From Girardia tigrina (taxonomy: Eukaryota): a DNA stretch of 64,000 nt. How positions within the stretch are numbered: position 1 is the first letter of the stretch; each line of letters starts with the position of its first letter. Location of the stretch: assembly GCA_001938485.1 (NCBI GenBank), contig MQRK01217781.1:21397-85396 (forward strand). The letters run 5' to 3'. The translations under genes were made by a program, and so were the position numbers. Below are positions 50,401 through 60,897 of this stretch, one piece after another. A model generated the notes under the pieces. It had not been told where the DNA came from, did no database searches, and saw only the letters and a list, made by a program, of their open reading frames with translations.

Positions 50401-53345
50401 TATAAACAACATCAATATGAGGTTTACAACATTTATTAATATTACAAGCGCATTCACTATTTGACATCTCTCTTGATCAATTTTTTCTGAGTTCAAACTA
50501 ATTATTTTCAATAAATGAAAATCTGTTAATAAGAATTATTAAATTATAAAGAATCTAATTGGTTAAAATTAAATTACATTAAAAAATAAATAATACATTC
50601 AAAAATTATTTTAAATCTTTTTACTTTAAAATTAAATTAAATTATTTTTAATTAGTAAGAATCAAAGAAAATATCAATCATCCATCTGTGTAGGAGAGGC
50701 ACAATCCGAATCAACATTCTACATGCACAATATCAATACACAATTCAAAACATTCCTCACAATAACAAATGAAATAAATTTGGAGTCAGCTGTAATTATG
50801 GGAGATAATCATAAAAATCGATTCGTTTATGTGAATGATTTTTATTTCGGAATTAATTTAATTGCTAATTAAATCGTTAAGTTCGTTTATATTGATATTA
50901 ATAAGGAAATTTCAAAGACCAATAAATTTGTTTACATATTGGCAACAAATTAAAATGACATTTTTAAGTTTATATAAAGTTTATATATAAGTCCATATAA
51001 AAAAATATTTCGCAAATGTTTTATGTAATAGAAATTATGGATACATCGACTTGGAAGGTTTGGAAAAATTAGTTATAGAAAGTAATGTGCAGAGTGACCT
51101 TAGAATTGACCTAAAAGTAATAATAATATTAATTTAATTCGACGTTTTTATTCGCGGTGTTTTGTCCAAAAAACGTGTTGGTTATTCAAAATATATTGTT
51201 ATTAATTTAGACGGATCAGCCGCCATCATCAGACCGAATTAACGATGATATACTCGCGTTTATATATCAATCATTAATTTTATATATCAATTACCGTTTT
51301 CCAACCGTTTATATATAATCATTATGTCATTTAAATCATGAAAATACTTTCAATAAAGTTGAAGAGGATAAAAAGATTTGATCAACAATACTTCACACAT
51401 CGCCCTCTCCCAGTAATTATCGAATTGTGAACACAAAATCTTAAAATTACTTACAAATTATGGAGAAATAATGTTAATGAACACCATTGCTGTTCGGGAA
51501 TTGTTATATTTTGCAACATCGAATTTACGATTTCTATTTAATAATGATTGGTATCAACAGGTTGATGGGGTAGCTATGGGTTCTCCATTAGCTCCAACTT
51601 TAGCTTCGATATTTCTTTCAAAGGTTGATAAGTCTATATGATGGTATAAACGTTTAAAATTTATAAACGTTATGTAGATGATATTTTTCTATTGTTTAAT
51701 AATAAAGAACAAGTCGAGCTTTTCTTAAATTATATGAATTCCCTACATTCAAATATAAAATTCACGGTAGAATATGAAAACAATAATGTTTTACCATTCT
51801 TAGATCTTTTGATAGAAAGAGCGAAAAACAACCATTTTGAAACTGGGATCTATAGAAAGAAAACTAACAGTTTTTGTGAACCTAAATATATAAGAAATAT
51901 GATAAAAATATGATGAAATCTATAGATCTTGGACACTTTCATCTACGTACACTAAATGTAATGAAATTATTAATAAGTTAATGAATTTACTCCATAAAAA
52001 TGGATATTCCAAATCGATAGTTGAAAAATTTACTCGGGAAACTGTCGATAAATTAATTAAATCGGAAAATGAAAATGAAAAATCAAATACAATAAATGGC
52101 GACAGAAACAAAAATGAGATAAATACTAATTATGATAATATTGGTTTTGCTTTGACTGTTCCCTACTCTGGGGGTTTCAGGAAATTCAAAAACTCTATTT
52201 TGAAACATGATTAAAATAATTTATTAAATTTAAAAATTGTATCTGGATCATGCAAGATAGGAAGTTTGTTTAGTAGTAAATCTATCACTCCAACTGGGTT
52301 ATGTTCCAATTTAGTTTATCAATATAAATGTAATGGGTGTGACGCCACATACATCGGAGAGGCTTGTCGTCATCTCTGTAAACGGATTCAGGAACATAAT
52401 CGCAGGGAAAGTGATAGCAATATTGCTCAACATAAGAAGAACTGTTTGAATAGTAAAGTTGATGTAAGTAATTTTAAGATTTTGTGTTCACAATTTGATA
52501 ATTACTCGGAGAGGGTGATGTATGAAGCATTGTTGATTAAATCTTTTGATCCTAAAATCAATGTCCAAACACCATCCTCTTCAACTTTATTGAAAGTATT
52601 TTCATGATTTAAATGACATAATGATTACATAAACATTGCTTGGATATATATATAATATACATATAATATATATCTATATCTATATATTATATGTATAATA
52701 TATATATATTGGATATCGTTAATTTAGTCTGATGATGACGGTTGATCCATCGAAATTAATCATAATATATTTTTATGAATTTTTTTTTGTTTTTTAAAAA
52801 TTCCTTGTCGTCATTTTTTAAATATGTTACAAAATTACATTTTTAATAAATGTTGAAAATGAAAACGAAGGAAAAATGCGCCTCTCAGAAATGATTTTCA
52901 TATTTACAATCCGTCTTATCGAAATAGTCGCTCATTCCGAAATGATTATTGATTTCCAATTATTTCGACAGATGGTCCAATTGTCGAAAGATGCCAATTA
53001 TCTTCATCGCATGATCTGTCTCCAATGCATCAGTTCCCTGGCACCTCTGCTGGGTCCCAGCTTGACTAAAGAAAAATTTTTACCCACTGTTCTATACATG
53101 AGGGACGACAAAGTCGCTAATGTCCGATTCAAAGTAAATTCTCTTCATCATTGGAAATATAGTGCTACAAATCGTTTCAGACAGCGCAAACACTGGCTAA
53201 AATATGTATGTCACTTGATGCTCCGGTTCTGCAGTCGGAAGTGAGACCGTGCTTGGATAAGCTTGTTTGCGATGAAGACTTGGATGTCAAATTCTTTGCA
53301 TTGGAAGCAGTCGAACAACTTCAGTCTCATTTGAAATCGGTTTAA
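41499..53345 (+). CDS. PPP2R1A: Protein phosphatase 2A 65 kDa scaffold subunit A, 609 aa; exons 41499-41792, 44047-44652, 48265-48549, 48597-48914, 52972-53133, 53181-53345
   Basis: [84 protein letters not shown] and DVKFFA. All introns are GT-AG and phase 0, with AATAAA after the stop. Confidence 0.97.
42000..43900. repeat. Long imperfect AT-rich inverted repeat filling PP2A intron 1
   Basis: 42320-42480 is the reverse complement of about 43490-43655. The outer boundaries are approximate. Confidence 0.7.
42504..43400. mobile_element. Long-TIR element (same family as 26881-28760) carrying a pogo transposase N-terminal fragment on the - strand (about 42680-43000)
   Basis: The right TIR reverse complement is ggtatagttccgtacgagccccagg. 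The cargo reads [46 protein letters not shown] (BrkDBD/CENP-B HTH-like). Confidence 0.7.
45230..45488 (-). mobile_element. Possible non-LTR RT fragment abutting the 18S fragment
   Basis: [30 protein letters not shown] resembles the LINE RT segment before the GVPQG motif. Confidence 0.35.
45489..45748 (-). pseudogene. 18S rRNA gene fragment (3' region) within PP2A intron 2
   Basis: The reverse complement contains GCAATAACAGGTCTGTGATGCCCTTAGA and GATTACGTCCCTGCCCTTT..CCCGTCGCTACTACCG, with substitutions at normally invariant positions. Confidence 0.93.
45990..46640 (-). mobile_element. hAT (Charlie/Buster/SPIN-like) transposase remnant
   Basis: YKVSNLK*YHDQNH (BED finger), [10 protein letters not shown] and [20 protein letters not shown]. 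Confidence 0.7.
47672..48129. mobile_element. hAT-type MITE
   Basis: TIR tagggtgacca / tggtgacccta, with subterminal ccgga repeats. Confidence 0.75.
50201..50396. repeat. Palindromic piggyBac-type MITE remnant
   Basis: Starts TTAA-CCC. The arms acatgctgtgacacttctgtaacaaaccg...atcac and gtgat...cggtttgttacagaagtgtcacaccatgt are complementary. Confidence 0.7.
51200..51235 (-). ncRNA. Hammerhead motif, probably inactive (GAAA changed to TAAA)
   Basis: Reverse complement reads CTGATGA-T-GGCGG-ctgat-CCGTC-TAAATTAAT-A. Confidence 0.6.
52729..52761 (+). ncRNA. Minimal hammerhead ribozyme motif, sense to the PP2A pre-mRNA
   Basis: CTGATGA-T-GACGG-ttgat-CCATC-GAAATTAAT-C, giving an AUC cleavage triplet with one mismatch in stem II. 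Confidence 0.7.
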
Positions 53346-53619
53346 ACTATTCAAAGTATTCTTTGAAACAATAAAGAATTATGATTGCTTTTTTGTGTGT
53401 ATGTTTATCTGTGTGTGTGTGTGTAAATGAAATATATGTCCGGATTTATTTGTGTGAAGATCGATAACTTTATTCAGAGTAATAATATTAGTTTATAATG
53501 ACTCATTTAACTGATCACTCTTTCATTTGTCACGAAATCTGTAAATTTACAATTACAATTTTTTCGGACAGTTTTTTGCATTAGAGGTACTTTTTAACAA
53601 AGAAAGGCTCATATGATTG

Positions 53620-54069
53620 AGGTATAATGAATTTAATAAAAAAATTAACCTAAACTAGCAAGAGAACAAGTAAACCTAGAAGGAGATATTAAGATTTTTT
53701 ACATGTCAGGAATTACGTCTTATGATCAAAAAAATAGACTTCCCTAGAAAATACAAAATATTGAATCGAGGTTGAAGATGCATCGAAAGAGGATTAAACA
53801 ATATAGAAAAAAATCAAAGATTAAAGGATTTTTATCAATTTAAAAAAAATGAATTGAGTAGAGTAACAATTTTAAAATTAATATAATAAACAACTAGATT
53901 ATAATAAAAAAAGTCATTACGAAACCCATTTTTTTTTATTATAATCTAGTTGTTTATTATATTAATTTTAAAATTGTTACTCTACTCAATTTATTTTTTT
54001 TTTAAACTGATAAAAATCTTTGATTTTTTTCTATATTGTTTAATCCTCTTTCGATGCATCTTCAACCTC
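53620..54069. repeat. Dispersed repeat (second copy at about 58658-58890) with a local inverted duplication
   Basis: aggtataatgaatttaat...ctagaaggaga...tgaatcgaggttgaagat occurs at both loci. 53767-53801 is the reverse complement of 54036-54070. Confidence 0.7.
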
Positions 54070-54107
54070 GTAATGATATTCATTTCCTTTCCTTTTTATG
54101 CTATATA

Positions 54108-54211
54108 CAGGGCCAATCCTGACGATGGGCGAAAATTGGGGAAAATCTCCCCGTCTACAAATTTGGGACATGAGACCGCACAGAACGGCCACCTACCCAG
54201 GATTGGCTCTG
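54108..54211. mobile_element. Small TIR MITE in a TA context
   Basis: cagggccaatcctg / caggattggctctg. Confidence 0.65.
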
Positions 54212-54263
54212 TCTATATAATTATATATATGCGTCTGACTATATATATATATATATATATATA

Positions 54264-56018
54264 CAGCGGAACCCCGTTATAAGGAAGGAATTTTGTAGTC
54301 CTTGCCGCATCCTACATGTTTCAATGTATTTTCCATCCCGTTATAACGAACCCCTCTATAACGAAAACCCCGTTATTGCGAAGAAAAAATGGCCCAAAAT
54401 GTGGAAAATTGATCTCGTTATAACGAAGTCAATGCTGCTCATATGGAAGCAACCATATGAATAAATTGCATTTCTGGGTGTGTGAGTTTTCAGTAATAGA
54501 GACGTCAGTGTCTGTCGTCAACTGACAGAGACAAAAATATCTTGTTCAATCAGAATAAGGTTTGAGTGGATTAGTGAGGGATAGATTGTTGTTATGTGGT
54601 GCCATCGCTCTCTATTCTCATTTGAAAAAGGTGGGTTATTTGTATTACGATAAACCGAAGCTTGGATACTGTCCCTCAAAATGAGGTTTTCCAGCGCGAA
54701 CACAAATTACAATTTCCTTTTCTTAATCCAATTATCGCAACTGAATCCGCGAGTTCATGTTTCATTGATGGATGTGGGTGAGTGGGTATTAAACTGTTGT
54801 TATGGCCGAGCCATTGTTGTCTGTACTCATTTGATAAAATGCGGGTCTTCTCCTTTCGCCGTCTTCTCCTTTGGGTGGAAGCAAAAAAGGATCTTCAGTC
54901 GTTTGGCATCACAATCTTTGACTGTGTTCAACTTTCGTCTCGTGCTTTGAGTGAAGTGGATACACAGACAATCGTCAATTGTTTTCATCATTCTAGTTTC
55001 CTACACGACCCATTTCCAGAAACAATTGATAATTCTGCTACAGGGACATCTGAATCCACTCTAAATGAGACTAGGAACATTTTCACATTCCTCGGCAACA
55101 ACTTTGGAAAGGACGGCTGCGTGGAGGACTTCTTGGGAGTGGACGAACTTGTGTCAACGGAAGGTATCCTTCAGGATTCCGAGATTCTCGAAAAGGTTGG
55201 TAAATACTGTAACAGCATGTGTCAAATATTGTATGATGTCGTAATTCTTTGTTTCTGTAAATTCGTCCTGGCTCCTGTGTTGAGGATGAGCAATCAGATG
55301 GTGACGATATGGAGGAAAACGTTCCACCTGTGACCCTTGCGTCTATGTTAGAAAGCTTGACTACACTTCGACGCTACTGTGCCGAGCGAGGACGGGACAT
55401 TTTACAACCCTTGGAGATTGTAGAGAAGGCTGTGGCTACGAGTTACATATCTCGTCAGTCAAAAATAACCGATTTTTTCCCTATATCTACTAAAAATGAT
55501 CATTTGGTGTTGTTTTGACAAAAAAGGTTTTATTAAAATAGTTTTCTTATTTCTGATGTTTTGTCATAATTCTTGTGTGAATAAATGACAAATTTTTGTA
55601 CCAATTTTTTTCTCATGTACAAAATAAGAGGCTTCTTGGTTGAATACATGTGGGAACAACTAGTTTGCATCGAAGAAATGAGGTTTAGATGAGTTTACAT
55701 ATAGTTATAGGCTGGGGTCAGCGTATGACCCCACAAAACCTGAGTGTGATTTTTTGAGGTGTGATAAAATCATTTTTTATCACAATGACAAAAGGAGTAA
55801 GGTGCATCTTCTGGTTTTATTTTCTACAACATGTAACAAGAAATGTCACAAAAAAATAAAGCTGCAGAATATTTACTCTTTCCACAGTCAACTTTGATAA
55901 ATTACCGTGGGGTCATACGCTGACCCCAGAGACCCTCTAAGGGTTAAAACAGGTTGCTTCTCGCTATAACGAAGAAATTTCTCGGTCCCGTGCACTTCGT
56001 TATAATGGGGTTCCACTG
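54264..56018 (+). mobile_element. Internally deleted pogo/Tigger element in a (TA)n tract
   Basis: TIR cagcggaaccccgttataa / ttataatggggttccactg|TA, with Tigger C-terminal motifs TIVNCF, EDFLGVD and QSKITDFF. A nested element end at about 55710-55947 has ggggtc..gacccc hairpins and ends agggTTAA. Confidence 0.88.
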
Positions 56019-56400
56019 TATATATAATTTATTATAAATAAAAAATAAATAGTAGGGTACTACAATAACAAATGAACAGTTTCGTAGCGGAATGGTAGAA
56101 ATTTTTCATTACAAAGACATAACCAAAAAATAGAATTAGTAAGGAATCCAAAAATATTACTTACGAAAATAATGAAAAATTCAAAAAATTATTACAAATA
56201 AAAAAAAGTACAATTTTAAACAAATTTTTAGTAAATTGATGTTTCTAATCCGTGCATCTTTAATCCGACAGGTCCGAAAATCCCCTGCCTTAATTAAATA
56301 TTTATTTAAATAAATATATATCCTATAAATTTTTTCGGACAGTTTTTCGCATTTGAAGTACTGACTATTTGACAAGGAATTATTTGTTTGATTGTTAAAG

Positions 56401-56669
56401 GGAGGGGTATTAAAAGCGAATGGAGACGAGCTAAACTTCAATCAGACAAGGACGAGCTCAAAACCAAATTTGAAGACGTCAACAAACGCACGATCGAATA
56501 TAAACTACACGCCGATGAGTTAAAAGAGAAAACCACAACAATCGAAGCTCAATTACGAGAACTAGAAACGAATAAATTGAAACTGGAACAAGATGCTATG
56601 AAAAAGGCAATTTCTCATAACGAATCTTTGACTAAATATGCAGTTTTAGAACACAGATTAGCGAAAATT
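56401..56669 (+). pseudogene. Orphan coiled-coil exon-like fragment
   Basis: Heptad-rich EWRRAKLQSDKDELKTKFEDVNKR...LEHRLAK between a candidate AG (56400) and GT. No partner exons were found. Confidence 0.4.
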
Positions 56670-56788
56670 GTGATAAAAGACAATCAAATCAAACATTCAA
56701 GACAAATAAATTATATGTTCGCACAAATATTCTAATTTCCAATTGTCCGCAATTTTTTTCTGTTAATTAAAACAACTGTTTTACTGTA

Positions 56789-57260
56789 TCAGTCGTTTTC
56801 CTCATCACACGCCACCGTGATGTCATCATCATCAATTTCAAAATCTTCTAACCACCCAGGAGCGCGACGAACCCTCCTCGGTCGGCTTGTCGCCGCATCA
56901 AAAACTGCCTCTCCTACCTCCTCCTCAATTCGACTCTTCATTGCGCTCTTGCTGTGGGCCTTCTCCATCGATTCCAACCTCGTTCATGTCAACTCGTTCT
57001 GATATTGCTGGCACACGTCTAAAATCGGCCACGTGCCTAGGAATTCCGTCTACCTCGACAGACTTTTCAGAATTGATTCGAGACACCACTCCTTTAGTCC
57101 ACCTTGTCGTGCACCTTGCGCCACCCGGCTTCACATACGATTGCTCACCGGGTGCAAATTCCACTCCATACCGTTGTTCGATCATAGAAGTCGTCATTGA
57201 AAATCGCCACTCATACGAGAAGATTCCATTGCTGACACTGAATCACCGCTTAAACCTGTT
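56789..57260 (-). mobile_element. Ty3/gypsy integrase C-terminal fragment
   Basis: YVKPGGARCTTRWTKGVV..VEVDGIPRHVADFRR and RPRRVRRAPGWLEDF. Confidence 0.75.
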
Positions 57261-57779
57261 TTTGGGGTCAAAGTATAATAGTATACCATCTCTAAAAAAC
57301 TTATAAAACTTTCATTTATAATAAATAAAATAATAAGAAAGCTCAGTGGAAATATTTTGAAAAAATATTTTACATGTAAATAACGACATTCAAATTCGAC
57401 CTGCAAGTGGTAATGAAAATCCAATTATAGTGCAGGATTTATTCCTTTGAAAAGTTCTTTCTGGTTAAACTGATTTGACAGTAATATTTTGGAAAATAGA
57501 GGATCGAATGATATATCAGAGAAAATGTCAGATACTTCAAAGAAATTTCACTGAAATGGCCATTGCCGTGATGACAATGGTATATGAGAAAGTCCCTCAA
57601 AGTCTTATATTCTTTTGATTCGAACTTTAGAAAATGTTGAACAAATGTGACAAATTTGGCGTAATTTGTGATTGGTCGTTTTCTTTTTGGTGACTCGCTT
57701 CGATTTTTGAAATTTATAAAATTGAAAGAGTAATATTGCTGAGCATAAAAAAACGTGTAAATGTAATATAAGCATAAAT

Positions 57780-58050
57780 GATTTTAAGATTTTGTGCAAG
57801 CATTTTAAAAATTATTGGGAGAGAGTGTCATGTGAAGCATTGTTGATAAGATCATGTGATCCTAAAATCAATGTTCAAACAGCACTCTCAACTAATTTGT
57901 TAAGAGTTTTCGATTAGACTTACATAAGTGATTACATAATCATTCTTTTCATATATAAAAGCAATAAAAAAGAACATAATCAGTGATCTGATGATGACGG
58001 TTAAACCATCGAAATATATTATCCTGAAATATATTTTTAAATGGCGTTTA
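57780..58050 (+). mobile_element. Penelope-like element 3' end
   Basis: [37 protein letters not shown], followed by TATATAAA and a hammerhead. Confidence 0.88.
57981..58026 (+). ncRNA. Hammerhead ribozyme motif with plausible stem I
   Basis: cagtgat-CTGATGA-T-GACGG-ttaaa-CCATC-GAAATATAT-T-atcctg; cag(t)gat pairs with atcctg. Confidence 0.8.
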
Positions 58051-58085
58051 TTTGTTTATAAAGTTTGGAATGTTTGTTTTTTGTA

Positions 58086-58531
58086 ATGAATACAAACAAA
58101 ACGATTGACAAAGTAAATGAAACCAAATTGAAATGCGAAATCGTGAATTCCAAAGGTTCATGGCACAGCGGATGCAATGAGAGTTGTTGGGTCTACGTTG
58201 ACGGACTGGGATACGAATAATCCGAGGGCGATGTTGCTTGTGTTTTTTTTCTCAATATGCAGAGATCGTTAATTTGAATCTCATTCGCGACCGACGCACT
58301 GGTCGATCGAGCGGATTTTGTTTCGTTTACCATGAGGATAAAAGAAATGGTCAAACATTGATAGTCGATCATGTCGAGGATTGCAAACTGCCGGTTCTCG
58401 ATAAGGACGAGAAAGACGTGTTGAAGAAGTTAATCTGTGAGCGCGGAAACGGACCGGAGCACGTGGAAATATTAACAATTACAGATCAAATCGGAGGAAG
58501 GCAAAAGGCGATTGTATTTGGGAGTAGATGA
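58086..58531 (+). pseudogene. RBMX2: RBMX2/IST3 (Snu17) RRM splicing factor pseudogene, intronless
   Basis: SWHSGCNESCWVYVDGLGYE*SEGDVACVFSQYAEIVNLNLIRDRRTGRSSGFCF..EDKR[deletion]..VDHV, with a stop, a frameshift and a deletion. Confidence 0.88.
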
Positions 58532-60492
58532 GTTCGAATGGAGGAGGAGAGTAAGGTGAGCTTCAATCCTTTCCCCCCTGCTTCCCTCATTAAACCCACC
58601 AACCCCAGGACGCCGCTACCATGCTGCGCCTGCTCTAACACTAACACATATGTTCAAGGTATAATGAATTTAATGAACAAATTACCCTAAATTAGCAAGA
58701 GAACAAATAAACCTAGAAGGAGAAAATAAGATTTTTTTACTTGTCAGGAATGACTTCATATTTTGTTTCTTTTTTGAATCGATGTTTTGAAACGATGTCT
58801 TTTGAATCACATAAAATAGACTTCCCTCAAAATACATAAAGGCCGATATGGTGAATCGAGGTTGAAGATACATGGGAAGAGGATTAAACTTGCTTTTCTT
58901 CTACCGACATGGATTTCTTTTACTAGTCCGATTTCCATATCCATTTGTATAGTAATACCTTTCTTACGGTTTTCTCGTCTTAATAGACCACTACATTTAA
59001 ACTTATATAACTGTTAAATTGATCGATTATCGCGAGTATATATTGATATCCATAATTATTTCTTTGAAACGGTTCGCAGAAATTCATATATAGTTTTGGA
59101 AGTTTTCATTCGCGCATTGTTTCATGTGTTTCTCTTTTGTTTTCGCTGTTAGGGTCTTCGTCTACTGACAATTTTAACAGCTTTTTACAATTTCCTTTAT
59201 TGTTTTACTCATATCATCAATATCGAAGTCATCTTTTAAATAATTTTAAGTTTTCTTGCTACCAGCGTGACATATGTTACGACAGAGATATTTGAGTAAC
59301 CGAACGTATCTCGAAAGAAAACCCCTTGCAATCCACACCCCGTACGCCCGAGACCATTGGAGAGAATTGTGAGGATAGTCTAGCTCGATTATCCCCGATT
59401 AGTTTTAAATTGGTCCCAAACATTTTGGGGCAGTGAAAATGCGAGGAATTTCCCTGAGTCCGTCCCAATTACCGCTTGCGGTTTCCAAGAGTCTCTTGAG
59501 GCTTCCTAAAATAAAATAGAAAAGTTAACAATTTTAATTAACTTAATTATATTACCTTGAGAATTTATAAAGTCCATTTGAAAGTTTACCAAAAATCCAC
59601 CCGATGATTCTATGTACGAGAATTCATCGTTGTTTACCTTCGTGGTAAACTTTGCACGAACATCCTGCAGGTCGCGAAATGACTGCAGATGTTGCACCCG
59701 CAAGGCAGGATGTCGCAGAGACAACGACCGACGTGAAACAAACAGTGCCGACGAATCTACTACCACAGTGTTTATTCCGTGGCCAAATAAACTTCCTGCC
59801 AAATAAACATTCAACTCCGAAGGGTATAAAGACCCGACACAAGCCCCACGCAAACAGAACGAAAAAATTTTAATTTGATAAATTTTGATTTAATAATTTT
59901 CAATTCGATAATTTTCAATTTGACAGTTTTATTTTCAATTCGACAATTTTATTTTCCATTATTATCGCACACTTTGGCAACGCACATTTTGCACAGCACT
60001 TTGCAGCACAATTTTTCTATTTGATTTATATTCCAAAATATTATTTCAATTTGTTGGCAAGCGTTTAACCTGTACTCAGCGACGAAACTATCAGTTATAT
60101 TCACTAATTTGGGAGAAAAAGAACACCGAGAGGTATCATCATTGTTTGGGTCTATTCATTTCATCTCATTATATTTCATTTGTCGTTTTATTATGTTTGA
60201 TAATTATAATTTTCGCTTTAATTGATAATTTGTTGAACTATTTCACGTCGTGTTACTCCTAATTCTATTTCCAATTTATTAAACAGTTGCAGTTTTAATT
60301 GAAATATTAAATAAATATTCAAATCCTTATTGTTGATTTATTTCATTAACGTTATTTAATATCGATATGATCAATGCGAGGAGGAGACGTTTTATTAAAA
60401 CGGAATCGATAGAAGTTGTGTACCAGAGATACGATGTTGGTTCCTTCCCGTATCAAAGGACCGAGCGGAGCGGTCTTTGGGTTCGGGTATGT

Positions 60493-60897
60493 CAGTGGTT
60501 CTCAACTAATTTAAAAACGCGGAACACAATTCACATGAATTTTTTTACGCGGAACACTGACAAAAAATTCATTGAAAAATTCTCTATCGAACGTATTATT
60601 TCGTTTNNNNNNNNNNNNNNNNNNNNNNNNNNNNNNNNNNNNNNNNNNNNNNNNNNNNNNNNNNNNNNNNNNNNNNNNNNNNNNNNNNNNNNNNNNNNNN
60701 NNNNNNNNNNNNNNNNNNNNNNNNNNNNNNNNNNNNNNNNNNNNNNNNNNNNNNNNNNNNNNNNNNNNNNNNNNNNNNNNTGTTTGATTTGTATCTTAAA
60801 TGCAAATTTAAAGATAAAATGTAGATATTTTCGCGGAACACTGAAAGCGGATTCGCGGAACACTGATGTGCCGCGGAACACGGGTTGAGAACCACTG
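60493..60897. mobile_element. hAT-type MITE spanning an assembly gap
   Basis: TIR cagtggttctcaac / gttgagaaccactg, a perfect 8-bp TSD gggtatgt and repeated cgcggaacac. Confidence 0.92.

Larger units (their letters stand above)
51170..52790 (+). mobile_element. Penelope-like element with inverted 5' pseudo-LTR (RT plus GIY-YIG, degenerate)
   Basis: RT motifs [37 protein letters not shown] and LPFLD; GIY-YIG ORF 52266-52607. 51190-51454 is the reverse complement of the element's own 3' end. Confidence 0.92.

Noticed and set aside
26364-53345. Possible alternative genetic code or stop readthrough, given many in-frame stops in the window
   Set aside because: COQ3 and PP2A-A translate cleanly with the standard code; the stops occur only in decayed TEs and pseudogenes that also have frameshifts.
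54118-54140. CTGACGATGGGCGAAA resembles a hammerhead core
   Set aside because: No stem II can form between CUGAnGA and GAAA; the sequence is part of a MITE TIR.
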